52,329 nt of DNA from Bacteroidia bacterium (GTDB lineage: Bacteria > Bacteroidota > Bacteroidia > Flavobacteriales > Flavobacteriaceae). The DNA lies in NCBI GenBank assembly GCA_030431085.1, contig JAUIJW010000001.1, positions 1 through 52,329 of the forward strand, read 5' to 3'. Within the stretch, counting starts at the first letter, position 1; every line of letters starts with the position of its first letter. The notes beneath the pieces were generated by a model. That model was given only the letters and a program-made list of their open reading frames with translations. It made no database searches and had not been told where the DNA came from. Positions 28,034 through 36,591 of the stretch are shown piece by piece. Position numbers and translations under genes: made by a program.

Positions 28034-28978
28034 CTATACTGTAGCAATACTATAATATTCGCTTAGTTTTTCAATCATTATTTTTGTCATTTGATCTAAA
28101 TCAAAGTAGGATTGCCATCCCCAATCAACTCTGGCTTTAGAATCGTCAATACTTTTGGGCCACGAATTAGCAATATTTTGCCTAGAGTCTGGTTGATAAG
28201 TAATTTTAAAATTTGGATAATATTTCTGTATACTTTTTACAAGCTCTTTTGGTGTAAAGCTCATACTTGCCAAATTGTATGATGTTCTTACCGTAATTTT
28301 TTCTTTAGGAGCATCCATCAATTCAATAGTTGCCCTTATGGCATCATCCATAAACATCATGGGTAATTGAGTAGAGCTATTTAAAAAACACAGAAAATGC
28401 TCATTTTTGATGGCTTTATGATAAATATCAACGGCATAATCTGTTGTACCACCACCAGGAAATGATTGATAACCAATTATACCAGGATATCGCAATGAAC
28501 GGATATCTAAACCGTATTTTTTATGGTAATAATTAACCCAGTTTTCACCAGCAACTTTACTCATGCCATAGATGGTTTCTGGTGTTAAATTTGGAGACTG
28601 AGGCGTATTGACCGAATCGGCATTAGGTCCAAAAACTGCAATTGAACTTGGGTAAAATATTTTGTGAATTCTCTGTGTTCTTGAAACTTCTAAAACATTC
28701 AATAATGAAGTCATATTTATGTCCCAGCTGCGAAGTGGATCTTTTTCACCGTTTGCAGATAATATAGCCGCTAGATGGTAAATTTCTGTTATTCTGTATT
28801 TAATAACAATTTGCTCTAGTGCTTTATAGTTGGTAGCATCTAACTGTTCATAAAGTCCTTTATAATTTGTATTTACAGTAATATCTGAGGCTACTACGCG
28901 GTTTACCCCCCATTTGATTTGCAGTTTTTGGGTTAAGACAGAACCTAATTGACCAAATGCACCAATAATTAAAATCAT
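28034..28978 (-). CDS. tdh: SDR-type (GalE-like fold) L-threonine 3-dehydrogenase
   Basis: [30 protein letters not shown], and the TDH-typical GGGTTDYA; 5 nt upstream of kbl. Confidence 0.88.
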   Translation of the reverse strand: MILIIGAFGQLGSVLTQKLQIKWGVNRVVASDITVNTNYKGLYEQLDATNYKALEQIVIKYRITEIYHLAAILSANGEKDPLRSWDINMTSLLNVLEVSRTQRIHKIFYPSSIAVFGPNADSVNTPQSPNLTPETIYGMSKVAGENWVNYYHKKYGLDIRSLRYPGIIGYQSFPGGGTTDYAVDIYHKAIKNEHFLCFLNSSTQLPMMFMDDAIRATIELMDAPKEKITVRTSYNLASMSFTPKELVKSIQKYYPNFKITYQPDSRQNIANSWPKSIDDSKARVDWGWQSYFDLDQMTKIMIEKLSEYYSIATV

Positions 28979-29008
28979 ACTTGTAATAATTTTAAATCAT
29001 TTTTTAAT

Positions 29009-29037
29009 TAAAGCCTCTATATTAAATAGAGGCTTTA
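29009..29037. terminator. Intergenic 12-bp hairpin between the DUF3472 gene and tdh (terminator or mRNA-stabilising stem)
   Basis: TAAAGCCTCTAT-attaa-ATAGAGGCTTTA; weak U-tract on the coding (minus) strand. Confidence 0.6.
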
Positions 29038-29079
29038 TTGAACTAAACTCAAACTTAGTTACTATAATTCAAATAATAA

Positions 29080-30876
29080 TCAATTTTTTGTATAGGCCTC
29101 TATTTCAGCCATGGCAGCATTATCAGAGCCATCATGGGCATCTTTGGCAATAAATTTCAGATATCTAAATGTTTGTGATGATGAAAAATCAATATATTGA
29201 TTGTCTGCACTATTAGCCAATACAAAGCTTCCTAATGAGATCCAATTTGTGTTGTCGTTACTAACTTCTATTTCAATACTTTTAATGGTTCGTGACAAAG
29301 TTTGTCTTTGTGTGAATCTAAGACCGTCTACCGTATTTTCTGAACCCATATCTATGGTGATATGATGTGGTGGTGTAGGGGTGCAACCATTCCAGCAAGT
29401 ATGCCAATAGGTGTCTAAATCTCCATCTAATACATCAGAAGCTAAACCAGTAGAGCCTTCACCACCTTGATCTTCTTGAGAGCTATAGTCTACAACAGAC
29501 CAGGCACTTCTATCGAAAAGTGTTACATCTGTAGGAAGAGTAATTTGAGGAAGCGATGAAAAGTCAATATCTGGTGCCGTACCAGATGCTGTTCTTGTAA
29601 AAGAGGCGTTAGGTTGCACAGCATCATTAAAAAAACCACAATTTCTTAAATAGAATTTGTCTCCATTAGCCCCACCGGCATAGTCTAGCCTTTCATCATT
29701 GGCTGCAGTGGCATCGGCAGTGTATGTACCTTCAATCATTTCTGTCCAAACGTTATCTGTTGTGTATACCCATTGGTTACCATATTCCACTTGTCTTTCA
29801 ATATACCCTGTAGATTCATGAAAATTTTCTAAGAAAGAATGCATTCTTGTTAAATACTTAGAGGTTTTAGGTCTTCTTAGGGATGCGATCAATTTCCAAC
29901 TTCCAACCTCTGGATCGAAGAAATAGGCGGTATAGTCTGTTGATCCAGATACTGTTGATGGTTCACCTTTTAGTAGAAATTTATAGGTAACGCCAGCTTT
30001 CCAATCGGCATCAAAAAAACTTTGTTTTCCAGATCCTTCATTACCAAAATCTTGAACAGTTACTCCTTGACCATTTGCTAATTTAGTTACTTGATAATCT
30101 TCTGGAATTTGATTAGGGTCATCTGTCTCAAAGGCACTCCAAATAGAAAATAATACTCGTCGTTCACCATTAGAGTTTACTTGCATTCCAAAATAGCCTT
30201 CAGAATGCCCATTCACCATAAAAAAGGAGCCTAAAACATCTTCACCAGGAGCAACAGTCACTTCATTATAGAACCATTGTACATCTTTATTTTCTGGTGG
30301 CGTATATGTCATATGTACAGAAGGACCTCTTCTTCCAAAATGTGGATTACTTAAGGGTACAAATTTAATACCGTTTGCGGTTGCAGAACCTCCAAGAAGT
30401 ATATCATTTATATCGGCGATATAGTTACCATTTTTTTGTAGACCTTGGATTTCAATAATATTGTATCCTGCTTCTACATTAAAAGTACCTACTCCTACGA
30501 TGTCGTAGTCTGAGTTCGATATTCCCCGTTCCTCAGTTTGGTTGCCAACTGTAACTTTAATTTCAGAATATTTATCTGATTTAATATTGAAACCAAGGTT
30601 TAACTCGCCAGCTTGGGTATATACATAGGTACGAATAACATCATCTAATGATGTCCAATTATGAATTCCAGCATCAGAAATTATAGCTTCATCTTGCTCA
30701 ATACTATTTACAACCCAACTATTAACACCTATAGGTACGGTAAAGGGTAAATCTAAATCGATAACTCGGTCATCGATAACTTTTTCATGATATATAATTT
30801 GATCAGCATCACACGATGTATGTATGAAGGCTAATAACAGTAATAATTTCATTGATGTTTTTATTTTATTCAACAT
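29080..30876 (-). CDS. Lipoprotein: DUF5077 + DUF3472 + C-terminal F5/8 type C (discoidin/CBM32-like) domain
   Basis: Lipobox HTSC; GRRGPSVH, WFYNEVTV, GYFGMQVN, RRVLFSIWS, FGNEGSG, SFLENF (DUF3472); C-terminal DGD.DTYWH...HHITIDMG...FRYLKF...MAEI. Confidence 0.8.
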   Translation of the reverse strand: MLNKIKTSMKLLLLLAFIHTSCDADQIIYHEKVIDDRVIDLDLPFTVPIGVNSWVVNSIEQDEAIISDAGIHNWTSLDDVIRTYVYTQAGELNLGFNIKSDKYSEIKVTVGNQTEERGISNSDYDIVGVGTFNVEAGYNIIEIQGLQKNGNYIADINDILLGGSATANGIKFVPLSNPHFGRRGPSVHMTYTPPENKDVQWFYNEVTVAPGEDVLGSFFMVNGHSEGYFGMQVNSNGERRVLFSIWSAFETDDPNQIPEDYQVTKLANGQGVTVQDFGNEGSGKQSFFDADWKAGVTYKFLLKGEPSTVSGSTDYTAYFFDPEVGSWKLIASLRRPKTSKYLTRMHSFLENFHESTGYIERQVEYGNQWVYTTDNVWTEMIEGTYTADATAANDERLDYAGGANGDKFYLRNCGFFNDAVQPNASFTRTASGTAPDIDFSSLPQITLPTDVTLFDRSAWSVVDYSSQEDQGGEGSTGLASDVLDGDLDTYWHTCWNGCTPTPPHHITIDMGSENTVDGLRFTQRQTLSRTIKSIEIEVSNDNTNWISLGSFVLANSADNQYIDFSSSQTFRYLKFIAKDAHDGSDNAAMAEIEAYTKN

Positions 30877-30914
30877 AGTGTTTTGTTTTAGAATCCGTAA
30901 AATGCTAATATTAA

Positions 30915-31487
30915 TTAAATGTGTTTATAGGCATGTATTTGGGCTAGAGCCGCATAAATACTACCATCATAAGAAGAATTTATGGTTACTTTTATGTACC
31001 GTGCAGTTTTATTTTCTCCAAAATCAACCTCTTGTAAAGTGGCTGTATTTTCTAAGTCGAAGTTGCCGGCAGATGTCCATGTAGAACTGTCTGAACTAAG
31101 CTCAATTGAAATTGCTTTTACCGCTCTAGAAAGTGATTGCCTCTGTGCGATGTAGAGACCTGCAATTTCTGATTCATCTCCCATGTCTATGGTAATATAG
31201 TGAGGATGCTCTCCTGCTGGGTCACAGGTCCAACATGAATGCCAATAGGTATCAAGACTTGAGTCTATAAGATCTGAGGCAAGTCCGGTATCTCCTTCTC
31301 CAGAAGCTTCTTCTGAACTGAAATCGGAAATAACCCAAGAATTTATTTTTAGTGGTTTTTTTATGATTCGATCTTCTTCACTAAAAACCTGGTTTGTTGT
31401 ATATAAAACTTGATCTGGCTCACAGGCATAAAATGCCACAAGACCAAGAAAAATAAGTAAATACCGCAAATTAGTTGTTGTTTTCAT
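30915..31487 (-). CDS. Stand-alone F5/8 type C (CBM32-like) lipoprotein, candidate surface glycan-binding protein
   Basis: Lipobox FYAC; D..LDTYWHSCW, PHYITIDMG, ARYIKV, AALAQI. Confidence 0.85.
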   Translation of the reverse strand: MKTTTNLRYLLIFLGLVAFYACEPDQVLYTTNQVFSEEDRIIKKPLKINSWVISDFSSEEASGEGDTGLASDLIDSSLDTYWHSCWTCDPAGEHPHYITIDMGDESEIAGLYIAQRQSLSRAVKAISIELSSDSSTWTSAGNFDLENTATLQEVDFGENKTARYIKVTINSSYDGSIYAALAQIHAYKHI

Positions 31488-31504
31488 TGTACTATAGATT
31501 AATG

Positions 31505-34500
31505 TTAGTTATTTAATTTGAATTTCTGATAATCATCATTATTGTTGGCTACCAAGATGGATTTCTTGTTTTTTTCTTTTAAAAGCAGCATGTTTCTCAC
31601 ATCTTTTTCGGTATAGAATCCTGTTGTTTTATTATGAATATATTTAAAACGAGCAGCCTCTTTTCCTTTAAGAAAGATTCCAATACCAGCATCTGCCCTA
31701 GTGGTTTCAACTTCTGCGTTATAGTTATTTCCGGCTAAAAGCAAATCTTTAATATTATCGTTGTCAAAATCATGGTACACTATACTATTGATAGGGCTTA
31801 ATTGTGCCTGAATAGGGAATGGGACGAACTTAAAATTGCCATTCTCATTAATAAAATATCCAGATCTAAATTCATTTGCCTCATAATGAATGGCCGACTC
31901 AAATGACTCGCCCAGTATTTCTTGTAGGTTGCTGTTAGCAAATTCACCATAGGTTTTGATTCTCTGTTTTAGGTAGGGCATCTGTTGTGTTGTGCAACTT
32001 TTACCTCTTACAGGAACAAGTCTTTCTTTATAATTTTTTGCCAGTACGATATCTTCTGTGCCGTTATTATCAAAATCATTGGTATAGATATGGAAAGGCT
32101 TTTCTTTACTTGCGCTAAACTTATAATTAAGACCGAGGTTACCAGCAACGATATCTATATCATTATCATTATCGATATCGGTCAATAGAATTTTGTTCCA
32201 CCAGCCTACATGAGATGCCAGTTGGCTGTACTTCGAGCTTTTAGATAATTTTCCATGATGGTTGATGAATACCTCAATTCCCATCCATTCTCCAGCTAGA
32301 ACTAAATCAATGTCATTATCATTATCTATATCTACCCATTGTGCCGTAGTGACCATACCTACCTGAGATAACGCTTTGGCGAATTCTTGAGTTTTATCCG
32401 TAAAAATTCCCTGATTATTGATGAGTAAGGTACTTGTTGGCGAATAAGGGTATTTACCTGAAACAACTCTACCACCAATAAAAAGATCTTGATCTCCATC
32501 ATTATCATAATCTGACGCAATTACTACTGCACCTGCATTTCTAAGGGCTGGAATTCTAGATTTTGATCTGGTAAACTTGATGTTACCAGTATTAATATAT
32601 AATCTATCTTCAAGCATTGGAGAACCTTCGTCAAATTCATAACTACCACTAACTACATAAAGATCGAGGTCGCCATCGTTGTCGGCATCGAAGAAGGTTG
32701 CACTTATATCTTCGTATATTTTATCTTTCTCAAAATCTGCAAGTATAATGGATTGATAATGTCCATCTTTTGAAATTAATAATTCTGGAGTGTAATTGTG
32801 TGCCCCTCCAAGAAACACATCATCTATACCATCATGGTTAAGATCTGCTTTTGCCACAGCTGGCCCTAATTGAGACAGTTTATGAGGTAAAAGTAATTGA
32901 ACGTCAAAATCATTAAAAACTTTTTCGTGGTGAGTTGCCTTAAATGGTTGTTCAACAAATAGGGGGCGGTTAATTTTATGTTTAACTTCCGATGCAGTTG
33001 GCGCATCGTTATAATTTATGGTTAGTACTTGATTGGGTTTTACATTGTTGAGTGTTTGTTTTTTACCATCTGGCCAAACAATATCTAACTTCGTTATATG
33101 ATCTTCTTTTCCTAATCCAAAATGTAATTTATTAGACATGGCAGATAAATACCCTCTATTATTAATCAATTGTCTTGTAATCAATTGATTTTTATTGGTA
33201 GATAAGGTTACCTTAGTGCCTACTCCAAAAGAGTTATTTTTTGTGCCATTAAAGACAACCTGAAGGTAATTGCCCTTACCAAGTTCAATGCTGTTGTTTT
33301 TTAAAATTGTGGCATTTTCATCGAGATTATTGGTTACGATATCTAAATCTCCATCATTGTCTAGGTCAACATAAACCGCACCATTAGAGAAAGTTTCTTT
33401 TAAATCAGACCAAACCTCTGTTGTATTATTAAAAGTTAAATTACCTTCGTTTTTATATAAATAATTGGTTAGTTTTTGTTGCGGTAATTTTTGTGTAAAA
33501 TGATAGAAATCTTTTTCGGATAATTGATTTTTATTGGCCTTTATATAACTGTTAATTTCATTGTTGGCATCTCTGTCTACCACATCTCTATAAACACCGT
33601 TAGTAACATATAAATCATTATAACCGTCTAGGTCGAAGTCTGCAAATAAAGTGGCCCAACTCCAATCTGTTTTGGCTACACCAGATAGTTGAGCTATCTC
33701 GCTAAAGGCATAGTTTTGACCATTATTAAGTTGAAGAACATTGTGCATGTATTGATGATGATAACCATTTTCTGTCATGGTATTAAACCGATCGATAGAC
33801 ATCATAGACATGGTAGTTTTAGAACGTATATAATCTTCTGGACTCATATCTGCTATCATTAAGTCAGATAGTCCATCATTGTTTATATCGGCAAAATCTC
33901 CACCCATACTATAGTAAGAGATATGTTTAAAAAGGGTTTCTTTTTGGTCTGTAAATGTGCCATCTTGATTATTGATATAAGCAAAATCAGGCATGATAAA
34001 ATCATTACTTACATAAATATCTGGCCAGCCATCATTATTTAAATCGGCCACTTGGGCATGGAGTCCAAACCCTAAATCGGGTAAAATTCCTGCCGTTGTA
34101 GATACATCTTCAAAAGAGCCATTTCCGTTATTTCTGTAAAGTTTGTCTGAGCTTTTAGCGGCTTTTATTTTGGTCTTTTGGTTAGGGATTTGCTCTAAAT
34201 CAAGTAAGGCACCAGACAAATTAAAATCTGAAGGTGCATTGGTAATATATAGATCTAAATCTCCATCCTTATCATAATCAAAAAATGTGGAAGAGATCGA
34301 TCTATTAGTATCTGCTAATCCATATGCTTCGGCACTTTCTGTAAAGGTTAAATCACCATTATTGATGTATAGCATATTGGCTAATCTTTCATCGCCAGTA
34401 TACCATCCAGCCCTATTAATATAAATATCGACGAAGCCATCATTATTGATATCGGCAATTGAGATACCTGTATCAAAACCTGTGCGTTTTACAATGCCAG

Positions 34501-34825
34501 CTTTTTCTGTAATATCTTCAAATTTAAAATTGCCTTTGTTGAGGTATAATTTGTTAGGATAGATGTTAGAGGTAAAGAATAGATCTTGCAACCCGTCGTT
34601 GTTAAAATCGGCTGCAGCCACTCCACCACCAATATAAATGTATTGGTACTTGTAATAATGTAATTTTTCAGACTCTAATATTTTATTTTGAAAATCAACA
34701 CCAGTAATTTCAACGGGTACACTAGTGAATAGTTTATCTGTATTTAAATCATTTACAGATTTAGTACAAGATACCATTAGCAGTGTACAGATGATGAAAA
34801 ATAAAGGTGTTAAATATCGAGTCAT
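31505..34825 (-). CDS. VCBS/FG-GAP repeat + ASPIC/UnbV lipoprotein (CRTAC1-like)
   Basis: Lipobox MVSC; many DxDxDGxxD Ca-binding repeats (DFNNDGLQD, DINNDGFVD, DYDKDGDLD); ASPIC-like RGYLS...LHFGLG...IVWPDG. Confidence 0.9.
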   Translation of the reverse strand: MTRYLTPLFFIICTLLMVSCTKSVNDLNTDKLFTSVPVEITGVDFQNKILESEKLHYYKYQYIYIGGGVAAADFNNDGLQDLFFTSNIYPNKLYLNKGNFKFEDITEKAGIVKRTGFDTGISIADINNDGFVDIYINRAGWYTGDERLANMLYINNGDLTFTESAEAYGLADTNRSISSTFFDYDKDGDLDLYITNAPSDFNLSGALLDLEQIPNQKTKIKAAKSSDKLYRNNGNGSFEDVSTTAGILPDLGFGLHAQVADLNNDGWPDIYVSNDFIMPDFAYINNQDGTFTDQKETLFKHISYYSMGGDFADINNDGLSDLMIADMSPEDYIRSKTTMSMMSIDRFNTMTENGYHHQYMHNVLQLNNGQNYAFSEIAQLSGVAKTDWSWATLFADFDLDGYNDLYVTNGVYRDVVDRDANNEINSYIKANKNQLSEKDFYHFTQKLPQQKLTNYLYKNEGNLTFNNTTEVWSDLKETFSNGAVYVDLDNDGDLDIVTNNLDENATILKNNSIELGKGNYLQVVFNGTKNNSFGVGTKVTLSTNKNQLITRQLINNRGYLSAMSNKLHFGLGKEDHITKLDIVWPDGKKQTLNNVKPNQVLTINYNDAPTASEVKHKINRPLFVEQPFKATHHEKVFNDFDVQLLLPHKLSQLGPAVAKADLNHDGIDDVFLGGAHNYTPELLISKDGHYQSIILADFEKDKIYEDISATFFDADNDGDLDLYVVSGSYEFDEGSPMLEDRLYINTGNIKFTRSKSRIPALRNAGAVVIASDYDNDGDQDLFIGGRVVSGKYPYSPTSTLLINNQGIFTDKTQEFAKALSQVGMVTTAQWVDIDNDNDIDLVLAGEWMGIEVFINHHGKLSKSSKYSQLASHVGWWNKILLTDIDNDNDIDIVAGNLGLNYKFSASKEKPFHIYTNDFDNNGTEDIVLAKNYKERLVPVRGKSCTTQQMPYLKQRIKTYGEFANSNLQEILGESFESAIHYEANEFRSGYFINENGNFKFVPFPIQAQLSPINSIVYHDFDNDNIKDLLLAGNNYNAEVETTRADAGIGIFLKGKEAARFKYIHNKTTGFYTEKDVRNMLLLKEKNKKSILVANNNDDYQKFKLNN

Positions 34826-34844
34826 AGTTTGTTTAAGGTAAATG

Positions 34845-34874
34845 AACCAAGAAAGGGTTTAACCTTTCTTGGTT
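34845..34874 (-). promoter_or_regulatory. Post-SusD 12-bp hairpin (attenuator/stabiliser)
   Basis: AACCAAGAAAGG-gtttaa-CCTTTCTTGGTT; no U-run on the coding strand. Confidence 0.6.
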
Positions 34875-34897
34875 TTTAATTAAGACTTCTACTATAC

Positions 34898-36574
34898 TTA
34901 TGGATTTTGCTCTAATGATGGTTGAAGTAAAATCTGTTGCTCAGGAATTAATTCAATAATTGCATTATCTGTTGGTTCAATTTCATAAAATGGGTTTGCA
35001 TTATTTAAGTGAGTACCTGGGTACTTTCTATCCATTGTGCGTCCATTTCTATAAACATCGAACTTTCTGTGACCTTCAAAAGCTAATTCAAGTTGGCGTT
35101 CTTCTAAAACAACATCTAAAACAGTTTTGCCTGCTGGCAGCGTGGCTAGGGTATATTCTGGAACATTGGCTCTAGTTCTTAGAATATTGATGTTATCTAA
35201 AGCAGCTTGGTCTGAGCCTTGTTTTGCTAGGGCTTCTGCTTTGTTTAGATACATTTCTGCCAATCGAGATACTGTTGGAGACCAAAGGTGTAAGTCTAAT
35301 TCTTGATAAGAGGCTTTTAAGATAAAAAACTTAGGATAGCCATTACGTTTGTCCATATCAAAATCAAATGTAACATCTTGGCGCCCGTTAGGACCATTAA
35401 AATAGTATTGGGTTTTACCATTTATAGTTTCTGATTGTAGCGTATATGTATTACCGCTGTATTCAAATGTGATGTTTCCTCCACCATTATCTGTTGTTCT
35501 GGCAAATTGATATTGATAGTTGGTACCACCATCTATTTCTTCTACCCAATACACGGCTGGTATTTTTTGGTCATTATTATCAAGTAAATATTGGGGCTCA
35601 ATAAAACTTTTTCTTAAATCGCTTGGATTCTCATTTACAAGCTCAAGATAAGTTTGAGAAGCATACATCTCTCCCCAACCTACACCATCAATATTGGCAT
35701 AGAACGAACCAATAGTGTACCAATCTTCATTACCTGGAATGTCTATACCCTTGGTTAATGTAATTGAAAAAATAGCCTCGAGATTACTGTCTGGTGCCAG
35801 CGTATTCATTACAGCAAATTCGCTACTTGACAGTAAGGTATATTGCCCAGAGTTAATCACTTTATCGGCATATTCAATAGCTTTGGCATGATCTTCCATG
35901 TATAGATATACTCTAGAAAGTAATGCTTGAGCAGCCTCTTTAGAGGCAAAAGAAGGGCCGTTATTTATACTCATTAAAGCCTCTGCTTTAAGCAAATCTT
36001 TTACAACTTGATCGTACACTTCGCCCACCGTATTTCTATCAGGTAAATCATTAATGTCTGTTGTAAGCTTTAATGGAACTGATAGGTTAGATGTACCTTG
36101 ATTGTATGGTCTGCCAAATACATTGCTCATTTGAAAGTAAACAAGAGCTCTAATGTAGAGGTTCTCTCCAATCACTTGATCAGATTCTGCAGACTCACCT
36201 TCTTTTACACCTTCAATGACTCTATTGGCTCCAACAATTGCACGGTAAGAGTTTCTCCAAAATCTATCTGCTCTAGAGTTGTTGGGAGTTCTTTGATAGT
36301 TATAAAAGAAAAATAAGGCATCGGTTGTTCCACCACTAATCATTACGTTATCTCCAGCATACTCAGACATTCTGTGTAAATCGTCAGACCAGCCATCGTA
36401 ACCTTTATCACCTTTTAAGAATACATAATTACCAAGAGTTGCCGCTTGAGCAGAACCTGGGTCTTCAAACAATTCTTCTGCTGAAATTTTGTCAAAAGGA
36501 CTTCTATCTAAATCACAGGATGAGAGTAAAGCCGTGATTGCTATTGTTGATAATATATAAGTTATTTTTTTCAT
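34898..36574 (-). CDS. SusD/RagB lipoprotein
   Basis: Lipobox LSSC; GENLYIRALVYF, AAQALLSRVYLY, RLAEMYLNKAEA, ERQLELAFEGHR.FD, terminal QNP. Confidence 0.95.
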   Translation of the reverse strand: MKKITYILSTIAITALLSSCDLDRSPFDKISAEELFEDPGSAQAATLGNYVFLKGDKGYDGWSDDLHRMSEYAGDNVMISGGTTDALFFFYNYQRTPNNSRADRFWRNSYRAIVGANRVIEGVKEGESAESDQVIGENLYIRALVYFQMSNVFGRPYNQGTSNLSVPLKLTTDINDLPDRNTVGEVYDQVVKDLLKAEALMSINNGPSFASKEAAQALLSRVYLYMEDHAKAIEYADKVINSGQYTLLSSSEFAVMNTLAPDSNLEAIFSITLTKGIDIPGNEDWYTIGSFYANIDGVGWGEMYASQTYLELVNENPSDLRKSFIEPQYLLDNNDQKIPAVYWVEEIDGGTNYQYQFARTTDNGGGNITFEYSGNTYTLQSETINGKTQYYFNGPNGRQDVTFDFDMDKRNGYPKFFILKASYQELDLHLWSPTVSRLAEMYLNKAEALAKQGSDQAALDNINILRTRANVPEYTLATLPAGKTVLDVVLEERQLELAFEGHRKFDVYRNGRTMDRKYPGTHLNNANPFYEIEPTDNAIIELIPEQQILLQPSLEQNP

Positions 36575-36591
36575 CTCAGATATTTTTTTAG

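Noticed and set aside
28034-28978. Alternative call as UDP-GalNAc/UDP-Glc 4-epimerase (it would complete the GalNAc route)
   Set aside because: The GGGTTDYA and LSA.GE motifs and tight linkage to kbl favour SDR threonine dehydrogenase.
31505-34825. Repetitive-looking DNA (CRISPR or tandem repeat?)
   Set aside because: Reflects degenerate protein-level DxDxDG repeats. No fixed-length repeat-spacer array, cas gene or transposase was seen anywhere in the window.
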